From an uncultured delta proteobacterium (GTDB lineage Bacteria; Desulfobacterota; RBG-13-43-22): a stretch of DNA of 64,000 nt. Under the pieces are notes generated by a model. It was not told the origin of the DNA. It searched no databases and worked only from the letters and a program-made list of their open reading frames with translations. The DNA lies in NCBI GenBank assembly GCA_963802945.1, contig CAWDKY010000032.1:77797-141796 (forward strand), in the 5' to 3' direction. Every line of letters starts with the position of its first letter. Position 1 is the first letter of the stretch. Made by a program: the position numbers and the translations under genes. Below, in pieces: positions 19,830 through 30,480 of the stretch.

Positions 19830-21376
19830 CCAATCAAACAGCTTCCCGTCATCTCCTCGGGGATCGGAATATTTAAAATGGTCAGGATCGTCGGGGCAAC
19901 ATCAGCCAGTATCCCGTCTTTTAGCCGAACCTGGGGTCTTTCCGGATCTATCAATAAAACAGGGACCGGATTGGCTGAAGTATGGGCCGTATGAGGCCCC
20001 CCATTTTTTAGGTCGATCATTTCTTCGGCGTTGCCGTGATCCCCGGTTAACAATACCATCCCTCCTTGATCGGCTACCGCTGAGATCACCTGACCCAAAC
20101 AGGTGTCAACCACCTCACAGGCTTGAACAGCCGCTTCCAATTTACCGGTGTGCCCGACCATATCCAGATTAGCATAATTCAAGACCATAAATCCATAGCG
20201 CTTGAATCTTATCCGCTTGATGATCTCCACGGTCACTTCCGGGGCGCTCATAGCCGGTTTTAGATCGTAAGTAGGGACATCCCTGGTCGAGGGAATTAGA
20301 CAGCGATCCTCCAAGGGGAAAGGGGTTTCTACGCCTCCATTGAAAAAATAGGTCACATGGGCATACTTTTCGGTTTCGGCGATCCGGAGCTGAGGGATCC
20401 CTTGTTGACTGATGGTTTCTCCCAGGGTATGGGTTAGGTTTTGCGGAGGAAAGGCCACCTCTACCGCTGGAGAAAAATGGGAGTCATATTCAGTCATGGT
20501 CATAAATTTTGAAAGTTTAGGACGTCCGACCACCGAAAAGGGAGAGAAATCCTGCTCAATAAAGGCCCGGGTAATCTCTCTGGCCCGGTCGGCCCGGAAG
20601 TTAAAGAAAAAAACCGTATCCCCATTCTGAAGGGTTCCTATCGGACGGGCATCTTCTCCCATCAGAATTCGTGGAGCGATAAATTCATCCGTTTCTCCCT
20701 TTTGGTAGGCCTCCTTCATGGCCTGAACAGGATCCCGGCAAGGAATCCCCTGCCCTTCGGTCAAGGCTTGAAAGGCCTTTTCCACACGTTCCCAGCGATT
20801 GTCCCGATCCATGGCATAGAATCGTCCACAGATGGAGGCTATCCGACCCACCCCGATCTCCCGCATCTGTTCCTGTAATTGACGTATGAACTCCACACCC
20901 TTTTGAGGAGGGGTGTCGCGTCCATCGGTGATGACCTGGATCATCACCCGTTCCAAATTTTCTTTTTTGGCCAACTGGAGGAGAGCCAAAAGATGATTAA
21001 TGTGGCTGTGAACTCCGCCATCCGAAACCAGGCCCAGAAGGTGGAGAGTTTTTCCTCCATCACGGCATTGCCGGATCATGTTAAGTAATCCGGGATGAAT
21101 AAAAAATTCGCCTTTCCGGATGGACAGGTCAATCCGGGTTATATCTTGATAGACGATGCGACCGGCCCCAAGGTTAAGATGCCCCACCTCGGAATTGCCC
21201 ATCTGGCCTTCCGGCAGGCCGACCGATTCACCCCAGCACTTCAGTTTTGCATGAGGCCGGGTATTAAATAATTGATTCATAATCGGGGTGTTGGCCCGGG
21301 TTATGGCATTCCCCGGATAATCAGGACCTATTCCCCAGCCGTCCAGGATCATGAGGAGGAAAAGAGGAGAAGACAT
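19826..21376 (-). CDS. gpmI: 2,3-bisphosphoglycerate-independent phosphoglycerate mutase
   Basis: ILDGWG, QMGNSEVGH, AETEKYAHVT, DHGNAE. Confidence 0.97.
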   Translation of the reverse strand: MSSPLFLLMILDGWGIGPDYPGNAITRANTPIMNQLFNTRPHAKLKCWGESVGLPEGQMGNSEVGHLNLGAGRIVYQDITRIDLSIRKGEFFIHPGLLNMIRQCRDGGKTLHLLGLVSDGGVHSHINHLLALLQLAKKENLERVMIQVITDGRDTPPQKGVEFIRQLQEQMREIGVGRIASICGRFYAMDRDNRWERVEKAFQALTEGQGIPCRDPVQAMKEAYQKGETDEFIAPRILMGEDARPIGTLQNGDTVFFFNFRADRAREITRAFIEQDFSPFSVVGRPKLSKFMTMTEYDSHFSPAVEVAFPPQNLTHTLGETISQQGIPQLRIAETEKYAHVTYFFNGGVETPFPLEDRCLIPSTRDVPTYDLKPAMSAPEVTVEIIKRIRFKRYGFMVLNYANLDMVGHTGKLEAAVQACEVVDTCLGQVISAVADQGGMVLLTGDHGNAEEMIDLKNGGPHTAHTSANPVPVLLIDPERPQVRLKDGILADVAPTILTILNIPIPEEMTGSCLIG

Positions 21377-21768
21377 CAGGACACCTCAGGAAGGGAATCA
21401 TTCGAAGGGATAAGCAGGCGTGGGGCTTCCATCCAAAGCCCTTCCAAATCATAGAATTCTCTAACCGACTCAAAAAAGATATGCACAATCACCTCATCAT
21501 AATCCATCAAAATCCATTGCCCTGTTGCCATCCCTTCTTTTCCGCGAAGCCGGATTCCCTGCTTGCTGAGTGTCTCTTCCAAGTGACCGGCCAGGGCCTG
21601 GGTCTGACGGGTTGAACTCCCGCCCAGGATCAAAAAGAAATCGGCAAAGGAACAGCTTTTCCGCACATCAAGCAAAACAGGGTTTCGGGGCTTTCTTTGA
21701 AGGGCTGTCCGGGTCACCAACAGGGCCTTCCCCCGAGCGGATAACTTTTTATGATGTTTAGAGGGCAT
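21376..21768 (-). CDS. rsfS: Ribosome silencing factor
   Basis: WILMDY..VIVHIF...REFYDLEGLW; adjacent to nadD. Confidence 0.93.
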   Translation of the reverse strand: MPSKHHKKLSARGKALLVTRTALQRKPRNPVLLDVRKSCSFADFFLILGGSSTRQTQALAGHLEETLSKQGIRLRGKEGMATGQWILMDYDEVIVHIFFESVREFYDLEGLWMEAPRLLIPSNDSLPEVS

Positions 21769-22405
21769 AGAAATTTTTTGATAAAATATAGTCTTCCACC
21801 TTTTCAGGTAAGAGATACCGGATAGATTTTTTATGTTGTCTGAGCAAACGAATCCGGGTTGAGGAAATGTCCATCAGGGTTATGGGAAACACATAGATCG
21901 AAAATCCCCCCGGGTGCAGGAAACGATTCTCCTTGGGAAAATAAATAATATCAGGGGATATTTCCTGACGAATAAAATCTTTGATCCGGTTTCGATGATA
22001 TCCCGGACGATCCATGACCACAAAGTGACACAAGCCAAAAAGATCCCGATACGATTTCCAGGTATTGATTTCCAAAAAGGCGTCTAACCCAACAATAAAA
22101 AAAATCCCCCATTCGGGACCGAAGGTTTTTTTAAAAAACCGCACCGTCTGGATGGTATAGGACTTTCCTTTCCTCTTTTTTTCAACATCCGAGGCCTTAA
22201 AAGAGGGATGTCCGGCGATGGCCAAACGGATCATCTTTAAACGATGGACAAAAGGAATAAGATTCGTGGTTTCCTTGTGAGGCGGTAAGGCCGTTGGGAT
22301 AAACAGGACCTGGCTTAAGGAAAAGGCCTCCTGGATTTCCAGGCCAGCCCTGAGGTGACCCAAATGGATAGGATTGAAGGCCCCGCCGAAAAGACCAAGG
22401 CGCAT
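21758..22405 (-). CDS. nadD: Nicotinate-nucleotide adenylyltransferase
   Basis: GGAFNPIHLGH, PPHK, ISSTRIR; true start MRLGLF at 22405. Confidence 0.95.
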   Translation of the reverse strand: MRLGLFGGAFNPIHLGHLRAGLEIQEAFSLSQVLFIPTALPPHKETTNLIPFVHRLKMIRLAIAGHPSFKASDVEKKRKGKSYTIQTVRFFKKTFGPEWGIFFIVGLDAFLEINTWKSYRDLFGLCHFVVMDRPGYHRNRIKDFIRQEISPDIIYFPKENRFLHPGGFSIYVFPITLMDISSTRIRLLRQHKKSIRYLLPEKVEDYILSKNFYAL

Positions 22406-22592
22406 AGATTGCGGATTTCGGATTACGGATTGTAGAGTTTGGAGTTCAGAGTTCGGAGTTCGGAGTCTTTGGCTAAAAGCAGAAGTCTGTTTTAGACCTG
22501 TGTCGGTCCTTGAACCTCCTGCACCTGCGGGCCTGCAGGCGCAGGCCTTGAACCTTGAACCTTTTGTTTCTCGTCCCTCGTCCCTCATCCCT
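22406..22592. repeat. Cluster of short heptamer tandem repeats
   Basis: Runs of GATTNCG, GAGTTCG/GAGTTTG, CCTTGAA and TCGTCCC between proA and nadD. Confidence 0.75.
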
Positions 22593-22600
22593 CTTGCCTT

Positions 22601-23866
22601 CTAACTCCTCACCTGCCCCTGACCAAAGACAATAAATTTCGTGGTCGTCAATTCATTTAAACCCATAGGACCGAAGGCGTGCAGTTTGGAAGTGCTGATT
22701 CCGATTTCCGCCCCAAGACCCAACTGAAACCCGTCATTGAAACGGGTGGAGGCATTGACCAAAACCACCGAAGAATCCACCGATTTTAAAAACTCCCGGG
22801 CCCGGTCATAATCCTGAGTAACAATGGCCTCCGTATGTTTGGAACTGTATTTATTGATATGGGCTATGGCCTCTTTCAGATTAGACACTATCCGGACAGC
22901 CAGGATCAGGTCCAGATATTCTTCGTACCAGTCTTCTTCTGTGGCTTCCCGAATCCCTTTTCCTTTTCCAATGATCTTAAGGGTGGCGGGACAGCCTCGT
23001 ATCTCAACCCCTTCTTTGCGGAATCGTTGTACCATGCCGGGCAGGAATGCCTTGGCTATGTCCTTATGGACCAGGAGGGTTTCCATGGCATTACAGACCC
23101 CCGGACGCTGAACCTTGGCGTTGAGGCAAATCTGATAGGCCATAGAAATATCCGCCCCTTGATCGACAAAAACATGACAAACCCCTTTATAGTGCTTCAG
23201 GACCGGCATACGGGCCTGGGCCGTCACCATGCGGATCAGTCCCTCCCCGCCCCTGGGGATAACCAGGTCGATGTATTCTTCCAATTTCAACAATTCGGCC
23301 GTGGCCTCCCGGTCCGTAGTCGGTATGATCTGAATTGCCCCTTTGGGTATTCCTTCCTGAATCAGGCAGTCTTGAAGTATTTTGGTCAAGATCAAGTTAG
23401 ACCGGATGGCCTCGCTACCGCCTTTCAAGATGATGGCGTTGCCGGATTTCAGGCAAAGTCCGGCCGCATCCACGGTCACATTGGGACGGGATTCATAGAT
23501 GAAACCGATCACCCCCAGAGGGATACGCATGCGTCCTACCTGCAAGCCGTTGGGACGAAGCCACATTCCGGTAACCTCTCCCACCGGATCAGGCAACAGG
23601 GCGACTTCCTGAAGGCCCTGAGCTATTTCCTTTAAAATCACTTCAGTCAGTTTGAGGCGATCGAGAAAGGCATTGGGATGACCTGCTTTGGCGGCCTCTT
23701 CCAGGTCTTTTTTATTTTCTTTAAGGATAACCCTGGATTGTTTTATCAGGGCTTGGGCCATCCGTTCCAAGGTCTGGTTCTTTTGTTTGGAATTAAGTTC
23801 GGCCAAAGCTGGACAGGCCTCTTTGGCGTTTTTAGCTATTTGAAGAATTTGTTTTTTAAGTTCCAT
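22601..23866 (-). CDS. proA: Gamma-glutamyl phosphate reductase
   Basis: [42 protein letters not shown]. Confidence 0.97.
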   Translation of the reverse strand: MELKKQILQIAKNAKEACPALAELNSKQKNQTLERMAQALIKQSRVILKENKKDLEEAAKAGHPNAFLDRLKLTEVILKEIAQGLQEVALLPDPVGEVTGMWLRPNGLQVGRMRIPLGVIGFIYESRPNVTVDAAGLCLKSGNAIILKGGSEAIRSNLILTKILQDCLIQEGIPKGAIQIIPTTDREATAELLKLEEYIDLVIPRGGEGLIRMVTAQARMPVLKHYKGVCHVFVDQGADISMAYQICLNAKVQRPGVCNAMETLLVHKDIAKAFLPGMVQRFRKEGVEIRGCPATLKIIGKGKGIREATEEDWYEEYLDLILAVRIVSNLKEAIAHINKYSSKHTEAIVTQDYDRAREFLKSVDSSVVLVNASTRFNDGFQLGLGAEIGISTSKLHAFGPMGLNELTTTKFIVFGQGQVRS

Positions 23867-23943
23867 GAACAATCTCCTAAAGATAATACGTTGTTCTTTT
23901 CCGTTGAAAAGGATCAGTCGACGAACGCTCAACGCCGAACGAT

Positions 23944-25084
23944 TTACCCTTCCGCCTTGGTTATGACCATATTGTCCCGGTGTATCACTTCATCCGAATG
24001 TTTGAATTCCAGTCGTCTTTCAATTTCCGAGGTCTTCAGTCCACGGATTTTCATTATATCTGAAGACGAATAATTAACCAGTCCTTTTCCAACAACTCGA
24101 TCTGTTTGATCCACAAGGCTGACACAGGCTCCGATCCCAAAACGCCCGCGCACTTCAACCACTCCTGAAGGCAGCAGACTTTTCCCCTTTTCCGTCACAG
24201 CCTTTTTAGCCCCTTCATCCACGACAATTTCCCCTTTGGGTTTAAGGGTAAAAGCGATCCAGTGTTTCTTCCGACTTAAGAGCGGTTTTTGGGGTAGGAA
24301 AAAGGTACCCAGGGGTTTCCCTTTGATGATCTCTTGTAGAACACCCGGCTTCCTTCCATTGGCGACAATGACCGGAATACCGCCGGCTGTGACCTTTCGA
24401 GCGGCCATTATCTTGGAGCGCATCCCGCCCAAACCCCACTGCTCCTGAATATTTCGAGGTATATTCGACGACCTTTCCATCGACATGTTCAACCACGGGA
24501 ATTAAGCGGGCCTTGGGGTCTTCCCGAGGATCCCGATCATAAAGTCCTTCCGTATCGGTCAGAACGATTAACAGATCGCTTTCGATCAGATGAGCGATCA
24601 AGGCCGAAAGGTTGTCATTGTCGCCGAATTTAATTTCATCCACAGCCACCGTGTCGTTTTCGTTGATAATCGGGATGATTCCCCATTCTAAAAGGGTGAT
24701 CAAGGTATTTCTGGCGTTCAGATACCGTTGACGATTGGTTAGGTCTTCACGGGTCAAAAGGATCTGGGCCACCAACAACTGATGGGTATTAAAGGCCTCT
24801 TCATAAGCATACATCAAGCTTCCCTGGCCGACCGCCGCCACGGCTTGTTTCTGAGGAATGGTAACCGGTTTCCGGCTCAGACCCATCTTGCCTACACCCG
24901 AAGCAATGGCCCCTGAACTGACGATAGCCGTTTGATACCCTTTCTTTCTCAAAAAGGCGATATCATCGGCCAAACGGGCAATGGCCGGACGATGCAATAC
25001 CCCGTTATCGGTCAGGACTGCGCTGCCGATTTTGATTACGATCTTTTTAATCCCTTTAATGAGGGCTTTTCGTTGTTCCATCAA
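23944..25084 (-). CDS. proB: Glutamate 5-kinase with PUA domain, frameshifted near 24440
   Basis: [22 protein letters not shown]; GGMRSKI and PUA domain in a second frame. Confidence 0.93.
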
Positions 25085-26104
25085 TCCGGTCCAATTCTCC
25101 AGAGTCTCTTGGTCGCAACAGTCGAAAAAAGGTGATCTATTAAAAAGGGAATACCTTCTCCGGTTTTGGCCGATATGGGAATCACATCCTGTTTGAGCTT
25201 TTTAAAAGCCCTTTGGATCCTTTTGAAATTGGCTTGCGATGGAGGTAAGTCCATCTTATTGACCACCACCAGTCGAGTTTTATCCAAAAGGGTCGTGATT
25301 ATAGGCCTCCATTTCCTTTACCAGGGTCTGATAGGAAAAAAAGGTTCTTTCCCTGGTAAGGAGCCGTCAATCAAAAACACTAGAACTTCAGTCCGATCAA
25401 TGTGCTTGAGGAATTTGAGTCCCAGCCCGGCCCCCTCGCTTGCACCGGCAATAATCCCAGGAATATCGGCTATAGTCAAGCGCTGTCCTTGATTATTTTC
25501 AAGAATCCCAAGGTTGGGTGCAAGGGTGGTAAAAGGATAGTCGGAAATTTTGGGTTTGGCGTGCTGAAAGCCTGGAAAGCAGGGTAGATTTCCCGGCATT
25601 GGGCAGGCCCACCAGTCCTATCTGGGCCAATACTTTCAACTCCAGTAACAGCCAGGCCTCGATGCCCGGCTCTCCTCTTTGGGCGAATCTCGGGGTCCGA
25701 TGAGTGGCCGTGGCAAAGTGCTTATTCCCCTTGCCCCCTCTCCCACCCCGGGCAACGACTAAGGTCTGACCTTCTCTGGTTAAATCCGCTAAGACTTCCC
25801 CTGTTTCCAGCTCCCGAACCAGGGTCCCCAAGGGAACGATGAGTCGAATGTCCTGGCCTTTTCTGCCGTCTCGATCATTACCCTGACCGTGGGCCCCTTT
25901 GGGGGCCTTAAAATGCTGATGAAAATGATAATCCTGTAAGGTCTGACACTGAGAGGTGGCGGTAATCAGGACGTCCCCGCCCTTGCCCCCATCGCCGCCG
26001 TCCGGACCTCCCCGGGGTTTAAATTTCTCCCGTCGGAAGCTTAGGCACCCATTGCCCCCGTCTCCGGATCGAACAAAAATTTTGGCTTCGTCAAAGAATT
26101 TCAA
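25081..26104 (-). CDS. obgE: GTPase ObgE, split by frameshifts
   Basis: [37 protein letters not shown] across three frames. Confidence 0.93.
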
Positions 26105-26300
26105 AGATAGCTGGAAGGAAACTGTGATGGGTTACGGTTTAATAAATCCTCATCCGAAGAAAATGAATTCGGATGAGTGCGGTCACTTATCTGCTTTCAG
26201 CTATCAGCAAAGACCGTTAGCAGCAATGGGTTGGCTAAATCCAGATCGCTGACTGCTGGAAGCTCCATCTGGAAATCTTTGATTTCCGGATGGGCACTAA

Positions 26301-26549
26301 TTAATAGACGCTGATCCTTTTTCGGTCTTTTCCCCAGCGCTCGAAGGTCACCACCCCATCTATTTTGGCAAAGATGGTAAAATCCTTTCCCAATCCCACG
26401 TTTTCACCGGGATGAAACTGGGTGCCGACCTGCCGGACCAGGATATTTCCGGCCTTAACCTTCTGGCCGCCATATCGCTTGATTCCAAATCGTTGTCCTT
26501 CGCTATCTCGGCCGTTTCTTGAACTGCCGCCGGCTTTTTTATGTGCCAT
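26301..26549 (-). CDS. rpmA: 50S ribosomal protein L27
   Basis: [16 protein letters not shown]. Confidence 0.99.
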   Translation of the reverse strand: MAHKKAGGSSRNGRDSEGQRFGIKRYGGQKVKAGNILVRQVGTQFHPGENVGLGKDFTIFAKIDGVVTFERWGKDRKRISVY

Positions 26550-26559
26550 AACAACCCCT

Positions 26560-26874
26560 CTAAACCCCTTGGATTTCTGTTATTTTAAACTGGGTATAAG
26601 GCTGCCGGTGTCCGACCATTTTCTTATACCCTTTTCTTCTCTTATGTTTAAAAATCAATATCTTCCGGTCACGGCCCTGATGGAGGATCTCCCCGACCAC
26701 CGAAACCCCATCCAAATAGGGTTTGCCCACCAGAATCTCCTGCTCCCGGGCGACAAATAGGACATTGGGTATGGATACCGTTGTCCCTTTTTCGCCCTCT
26801 AAGGTTTCGATCCGAATCACGTCTCCGGGGGCTACCTGATACTGTTTTCCCCCGGTCTGAATAATGGCATACAT
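26560..26874 (-). CDS. rplU: 50S ribosomal protein L21
   Basis: [12 protein letters not shown]...GHRQPYT. Confidence 0.98.
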   Translation of the reverse strand: MYAIIQTGGKQYQVAPGDVIRIETLEGEKGTTVSIPNVLFVAREQEILVGKPYLDGVSVVGEILHQGRDRKILIFKHKRRKGYKKMVGHRQPYTQFKITEIQGV

Positions 26875-27126
26875 GGCTGTTCCCTCACAAAAATTTATAA
26901 ATAAAAAGTTTAACATTTAGTAAACTTTTTGTCAAACATAAAAATAATTTACTTTTAGAAGTCATTTTTAATTGAACGCGGATTAAAAAAGAAACTCCCA
27001 GAACCTTGGACTTATTGATTATCTTGTAATTTTAAGCTTTTATTCAACATACTGGAGTGGTATACTGTCAGATAAGATTGGAAAAAACGAACTTCGTATA
27101 TTAAATTGTTGGAGCATTTAAAGGAT

Positions 27127-27313
27127 GATGGATTCGTAAAAAGTCATCAAATGAGACGGCACAGTAAAAAGCTCCGGATACAAGGCGCACAAATCCTGAG
27201 GAATGAGGCATACAAAGAAGTACGCCGCAATAAGCTTGCCCCGCTGAAAAGCGGGGAAGGGTGCAGAGCAATCCCGCGAAACGCGGGACTGATGGACTTT
27301 TTACGAGGCCGTC
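27127..27313. repeat. MITE-like element, copy C, with 6-bp flanking duplication
   Basis: IR GATGGATTCGTAAAAAGTC...GACTTTTTACGAGGCCGTC; AAGGAT on both sides; core TACAAGGCGC...GAGGAATGAGGC..AC..GAAGTACG..GCAAT shared with 46266-46459. Confidence 0.85.
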
Positions 27314-27325
27314 AAGGATGAGACC

Positions 27326-27772
27326 ATGGAATATCATGAAATACTAAAACGACTTGCACCATGCGGTCTGAGTTGCGCTAAATGTATGGCCTTTATTGAT
27401 GGAGACATAAAAAAGAACGCCAATGAGCTGAAAAGATTGCTGGGAGCTTTTGACAGCTACGCTGATCGATTTTCTCGTTTCAATCCGGTTTTCGAAAACT
27501 ACCCTTCCTTCAAGAAGTTGTTAGAGCATTTCGGGCAAGGCGGTTGTAAAGGTTGTCGTAATGGGGATTGTGTATATCCGAACTGCGGTGTGGTTGCCTG
27601 TTATAAACAGAAAGGAATCGATTTCTGTTTTCAATGCGATGAATTCCCCTGTGAAAAAACTAATTTTGATCTAAATCTCAAAGAGAGATGGATTAAAATG
27701 AATAATTTGATGAAGCAAAAAGGCGTCGAGGCCTACTTTGAGGAGACGAAAGATTCGCCCCGATATATTTAG
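27326..27772 (+). CDS. DUF3795-type Cys-rich protein
   Basis: APCGLSCAKC, CKGCR, CFQCDEFPC. Confidence 0.8.
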   Translation: MEYHEILKRLAPCGLSCAKCMAFIDGDIKKNANELKRLLGAFDSYADRFSRFNPVFENYPSFKKLLEHFGQGGCKGCRNGDCVYPNCGVVACYKQKGIDFCFQCDEFPCEKTNFDLNLKERWIKMNNLMKQKGVEAYFEETKDSPRYI

Positions 27773-28010
27773 CTTCTTCGATTATAGAAGGCTTTGATCC
27801 AGTTGATTGGCCTTAGAGGAATCTATACAAATAATTTAGGAGGCGGGACATGAAACGTTTATCGTCAGTATTGCGGCCTGGAAGACCATCCATTTTTTTA
27901 ATAATGATTGGATTGTCGTTGCCTACATGAAAATGAAGTAAAGTAGGTGGAAGTTCGTATATTAATTATTATGTGTCTTAATGATGAATATGAAGGAGAT
28001 TGAGGAAATT

Positions 28011-28793
28011 ATGGATGAATTAATAGAAGTGAGACAGCACGAGAATATTGTTGAAGTTGCTTTGAATCGGCCCAAAGCATTTAACGCCTTCAATCTTGAA
28101 ATGATTTCGGAGCTGGCAAATATTTTAATGAGGCTATCTACGGAGAGTTCTGTGAAAGGTATTGCCCTTACAGGAAAAGGAAGGGCCTTTTGTGCCGGTG
28201 GAGATCTTAAATGGGCTGTTCATTTTTCTGAGAAGCCCGGTTCTTCGTTCCACAGGTTAGCGTCACAATTACATCAATCTGTTGTTGAAATCCGGAGAAT
28301 GAATAAACCTGTTGTAGCCGCCATTAATGGTCCGGCAGCTGGAGCAGGTTTTGCCTTAGCCTTAGCCTGCGACTTTCGTGTCATGGAAGAATCGGCAGTT
28401 CTCACACAGGCCTACACCTCAAATGGTCTTAGCATGGATGGAGGTGGTAGCTTTATGTTGCCGAGAGTTGTTGGATTTGCCCGTGCTTTAGAAATTGCCG
28501 CATTTGACAAACCTATATCGGCGAAACAGGCGATGGACTGGGGATTGGCAACCAAGGTAGTTGAAGATGGGACGGCTCTGAAAGTGGCCATCGATATGTT
28601 GAATGAATTAGCAAAGGTTTCACTTCATTCTTTTGGCTGGTCGAAAAAATTGCTTAATGAATCTTTCAGCAATTCATTCGAATCACATATAGAATTAGAA
28701 AGAGAAGGACTTTCTGACTGTGCAAACCATCCTGATGGGAAGGAAGGACTGAACGCTTTCATTGAAAAGCGAAAACCTGTCTTTAACCGTTAA
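28011..28793 (+). CDS. Enoyl-CoA hydratase/isomerase family protein
   Basis: LNRPKAFNA, FCAGGDL, AINGPAAGAG, AFIEKRKP. Confidence 0.93.
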   Translation: MDELIEVRQHENIVEVALNRPKAFNAFNLEMISELANILMRLSTESSVKGIALTGKGRAFCAGGDLKWAVHFSEKPGSSFHRLASQLHQSVVEIRRMNKPVVAAINGPAAGAGFALALACDFRVMEESAVLTQAYTSNGLSMDGGGSFMLPRVVGFARALEIAAFDKPISAKQAMDWGLATKVVEDGTALKVAIDMLNELAKVSLHSFGWSKKLLNESFSNSFESHIELEREGLSDCANHPDGKEGLNAFIEKRKPVFNR

Positions 28794-28848
28794 AAAGTTT
28801 ATCGGAAATATACACATAATCGGTCGCTGACCCAGGACGCATAGACTT

Positions 28849-28903
28849 GGATCAGCCCTTTTGTCTTGATATCTTACTGATACCATAATAAAGGTCCTGG
28901 CCC
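28849..28903. repeat. RAYT-associated repeat R1
   Basis: GGATCAGCCCTTTTGTCTTGATATCTTACTGATACCATAATAAAGGTCCTGGCCC; homologous to R2-R4. Confidence 0.8.
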
Positions 28904-28928
28904 TTTTTACATTCAACAATCATTCTCC

Positions 28929-29246
28929 ATGGAGGGTTTTATGGAATGGTATTATTATCTCGCTGGCTTCTTCGCTGGTTTGTTTTTAACCAATGCTATT
29001 CCACATTTCGTGCATGGTATATCCGGTAATCGTTTTCCGACCCCCTTCGCAAAGCCACCGGGCAAAGGATTATCATCTCCAACAGTAAATGTTTTGTGGG
29101 CTCTTGCTAATCTCATTATCGGGTACATCCTCTTTAGAGTGGGTATGGTCTCTCAAACAAATATATGGACCCTTGTCACGTTTTTTGCCGGTGTCGCTTT
29201 CGCCAGTATAGTGTTAAGCCTTACATTCATTAATAAGGAGCATTAG
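28929..29246 (+). CDS. Small membrane protein of unknown function
   Basis: About three hydrophobic segments; NAIPHFVHGISG.FPTPFA motif. Confidence 0.75.
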   Translation: MEGFMEWYYYLAGFFAGLFLTNAIPHFVHGISGNRFPTPFAKPPGKGLSSPTVNVLWALANLIIGYILFRVGMVSQTNIWTLVTFFAGVAFASIVLSLTFINKEH

Positions 29247-29305
29247 GAACTCAAGCTAATTAAGGCTTGTAACATAAACCCTGTAAGTGAGAAACACTGT
29301 TGGGT

Positions 29306-29369
29306 AGAATAAGGGTAGGCCTGTTGTCTTGATTTTTTACTAACACCATAATAAAAGACCCTATTTTCT
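29306..29369. repeat. RAYT-associated repeat R2
   Basis: AGAATAAGGGT...TTGTCTTGATTTTTTACTAACACCATAATAAAAGACCCTATTTTCT. Confidence 0.8.
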
Positions 29370-29452
29370 GTGCTCGGTCGGACGAAGAACACACTCGTAA
29401 AGACTATTCGTCATTAGGGGAGGCACCCTATAAGGGAGCACGGAGGTGCACC

Positions 29453-30304
29453 ATGACATCATGGGAGGAAACACCGCTTGGTAGGCTTACAAGCCATATG
29501 CATAACCTTTTTGAAGAATACTTTAAGAAGCATCCCCAAAGAGACCACAGTCAGGACAATGCTCTCCTCGAGGTCCGCAATCTTGTTCTTCAATCTGTTG
29601 AAATTTTTCTTAAAGAGTCCAGCATTCATAAGCAGTATGGCGTGCCGATTGACTCCTTAAGTCTAGTCTCTTTTGCTTCCGATGATGAACCCGTCAATCC
29701 TCAAAGTTCCTGGATACCCATTCCAGGCGGTGAGGATAAGAAACGTCCCGCCGGGATCACAAATGAGGAGTTTACAGAATTCTCTGACCGCCTTAGTAAG
29801 CTCTTTATCGATCACGGAATGTATACATCGGGTCTTTTCGTTAATGTGCTTAACCTTTTCCGCGACGCGTACTTAAGGCCTGCAGAGAACAGACCCTTCA
29901 GGCAAGGCACATACACAAGGCTTATATTCGGCAACATAGTTTACAATGAAACAATCAAACAACAGGCTGTACCCTGTGAGGTATGTGGAGAGAATAGGGT
30001 TGTCGATATTTGCCATATCATCCCGAGGAGAATCAAGGGCACACAGAAGATTGATAATGTTCTCTTCCTGTGTCCGTCTCATCACCGCCTTTTTGATGCC
30101 TGCATGTTGACTAAAGAGGAGTGGGATAAAGTACTTTGGACCAGGAAGTCACGCAAGTCACAGATTTACGCTGAGAAGGTTCTTAAAGTGGCACATGGGA
30201 AATTCTGGGAAAAAGTAGAAGCTGCCAATTACCAGAAGCAAACAACTTGGGAAATAGGGCTTCATGATCTCTACAAGTCGAACGAGAAAGACATCGATGA
30301 ATGA
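29453..30304 (+). CDS. HNH endonuclease-domain protein
   Basis: CEVCG...CHIIP...NVLFLCPSHHRLFD; GGAGG RBS. Confidence 0.85.
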   Translation: MTSWEETPLGRLTSHMHNLFEEYFKKHPQRDHSQDNALLEVRNLVLQSVEIFLKESSIHKQYGVPIDSLSLVSFASDDEPVNPQSSWIPIPGGEDKKRPAGITNEEFTEFSDRLSKLFIDHGMYTSGLFVNVLNLFRDAYLRPAENRPFRQGTYTRLIFGNIVYNETIKQQAVPCEVCGENRVVDICHIIPRRIKGTQKIDNVLFLCPSHHRLFDACMLTKEEWDKVLWTRKSRKSQIYAEKVLKVAHGKFWEKVEAANYQKQTTWEIGLHDLYKSNEKDIDE

Positions 30305-30480
30305 TCTTGTCTATATCCCGATAAAAAGAATAAAGGGGACAAACAGGAAATCAAAATAATTAAGAAAGCAACGTATAATAAAAGCATTGTGCTGACAGGG
30401 GATAAGCCCGTTTTGTTTTTGCAAAAGCCGATTGACCCGTGCGGCTGATTCCCCTCGTTCGGCACAGAAGAAGACAGGCT

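Noticed and set aside
22406-22588. N-terminal extension of NadD in the ORF track
   Set aside because: It is a translation of heptamer repeats; the conserved protein starts at 22405.
23944-26104. proB and obgE (and about ten other genes) split across frames as possible pseudogenes or programmed frameshifts
   Set aside because: Indels are scattered across unrelated genes, including the normally essential obgE, with otherwise intact motifs. Long-read consensus error is the simplest explanation.
27101-27337. Short ORFs over MITE copies (27101-27337, 27106-27321, 8723-8950, 46247-46462)
   Set aside because: They coincide with the repeat elements and are most likely spurious.
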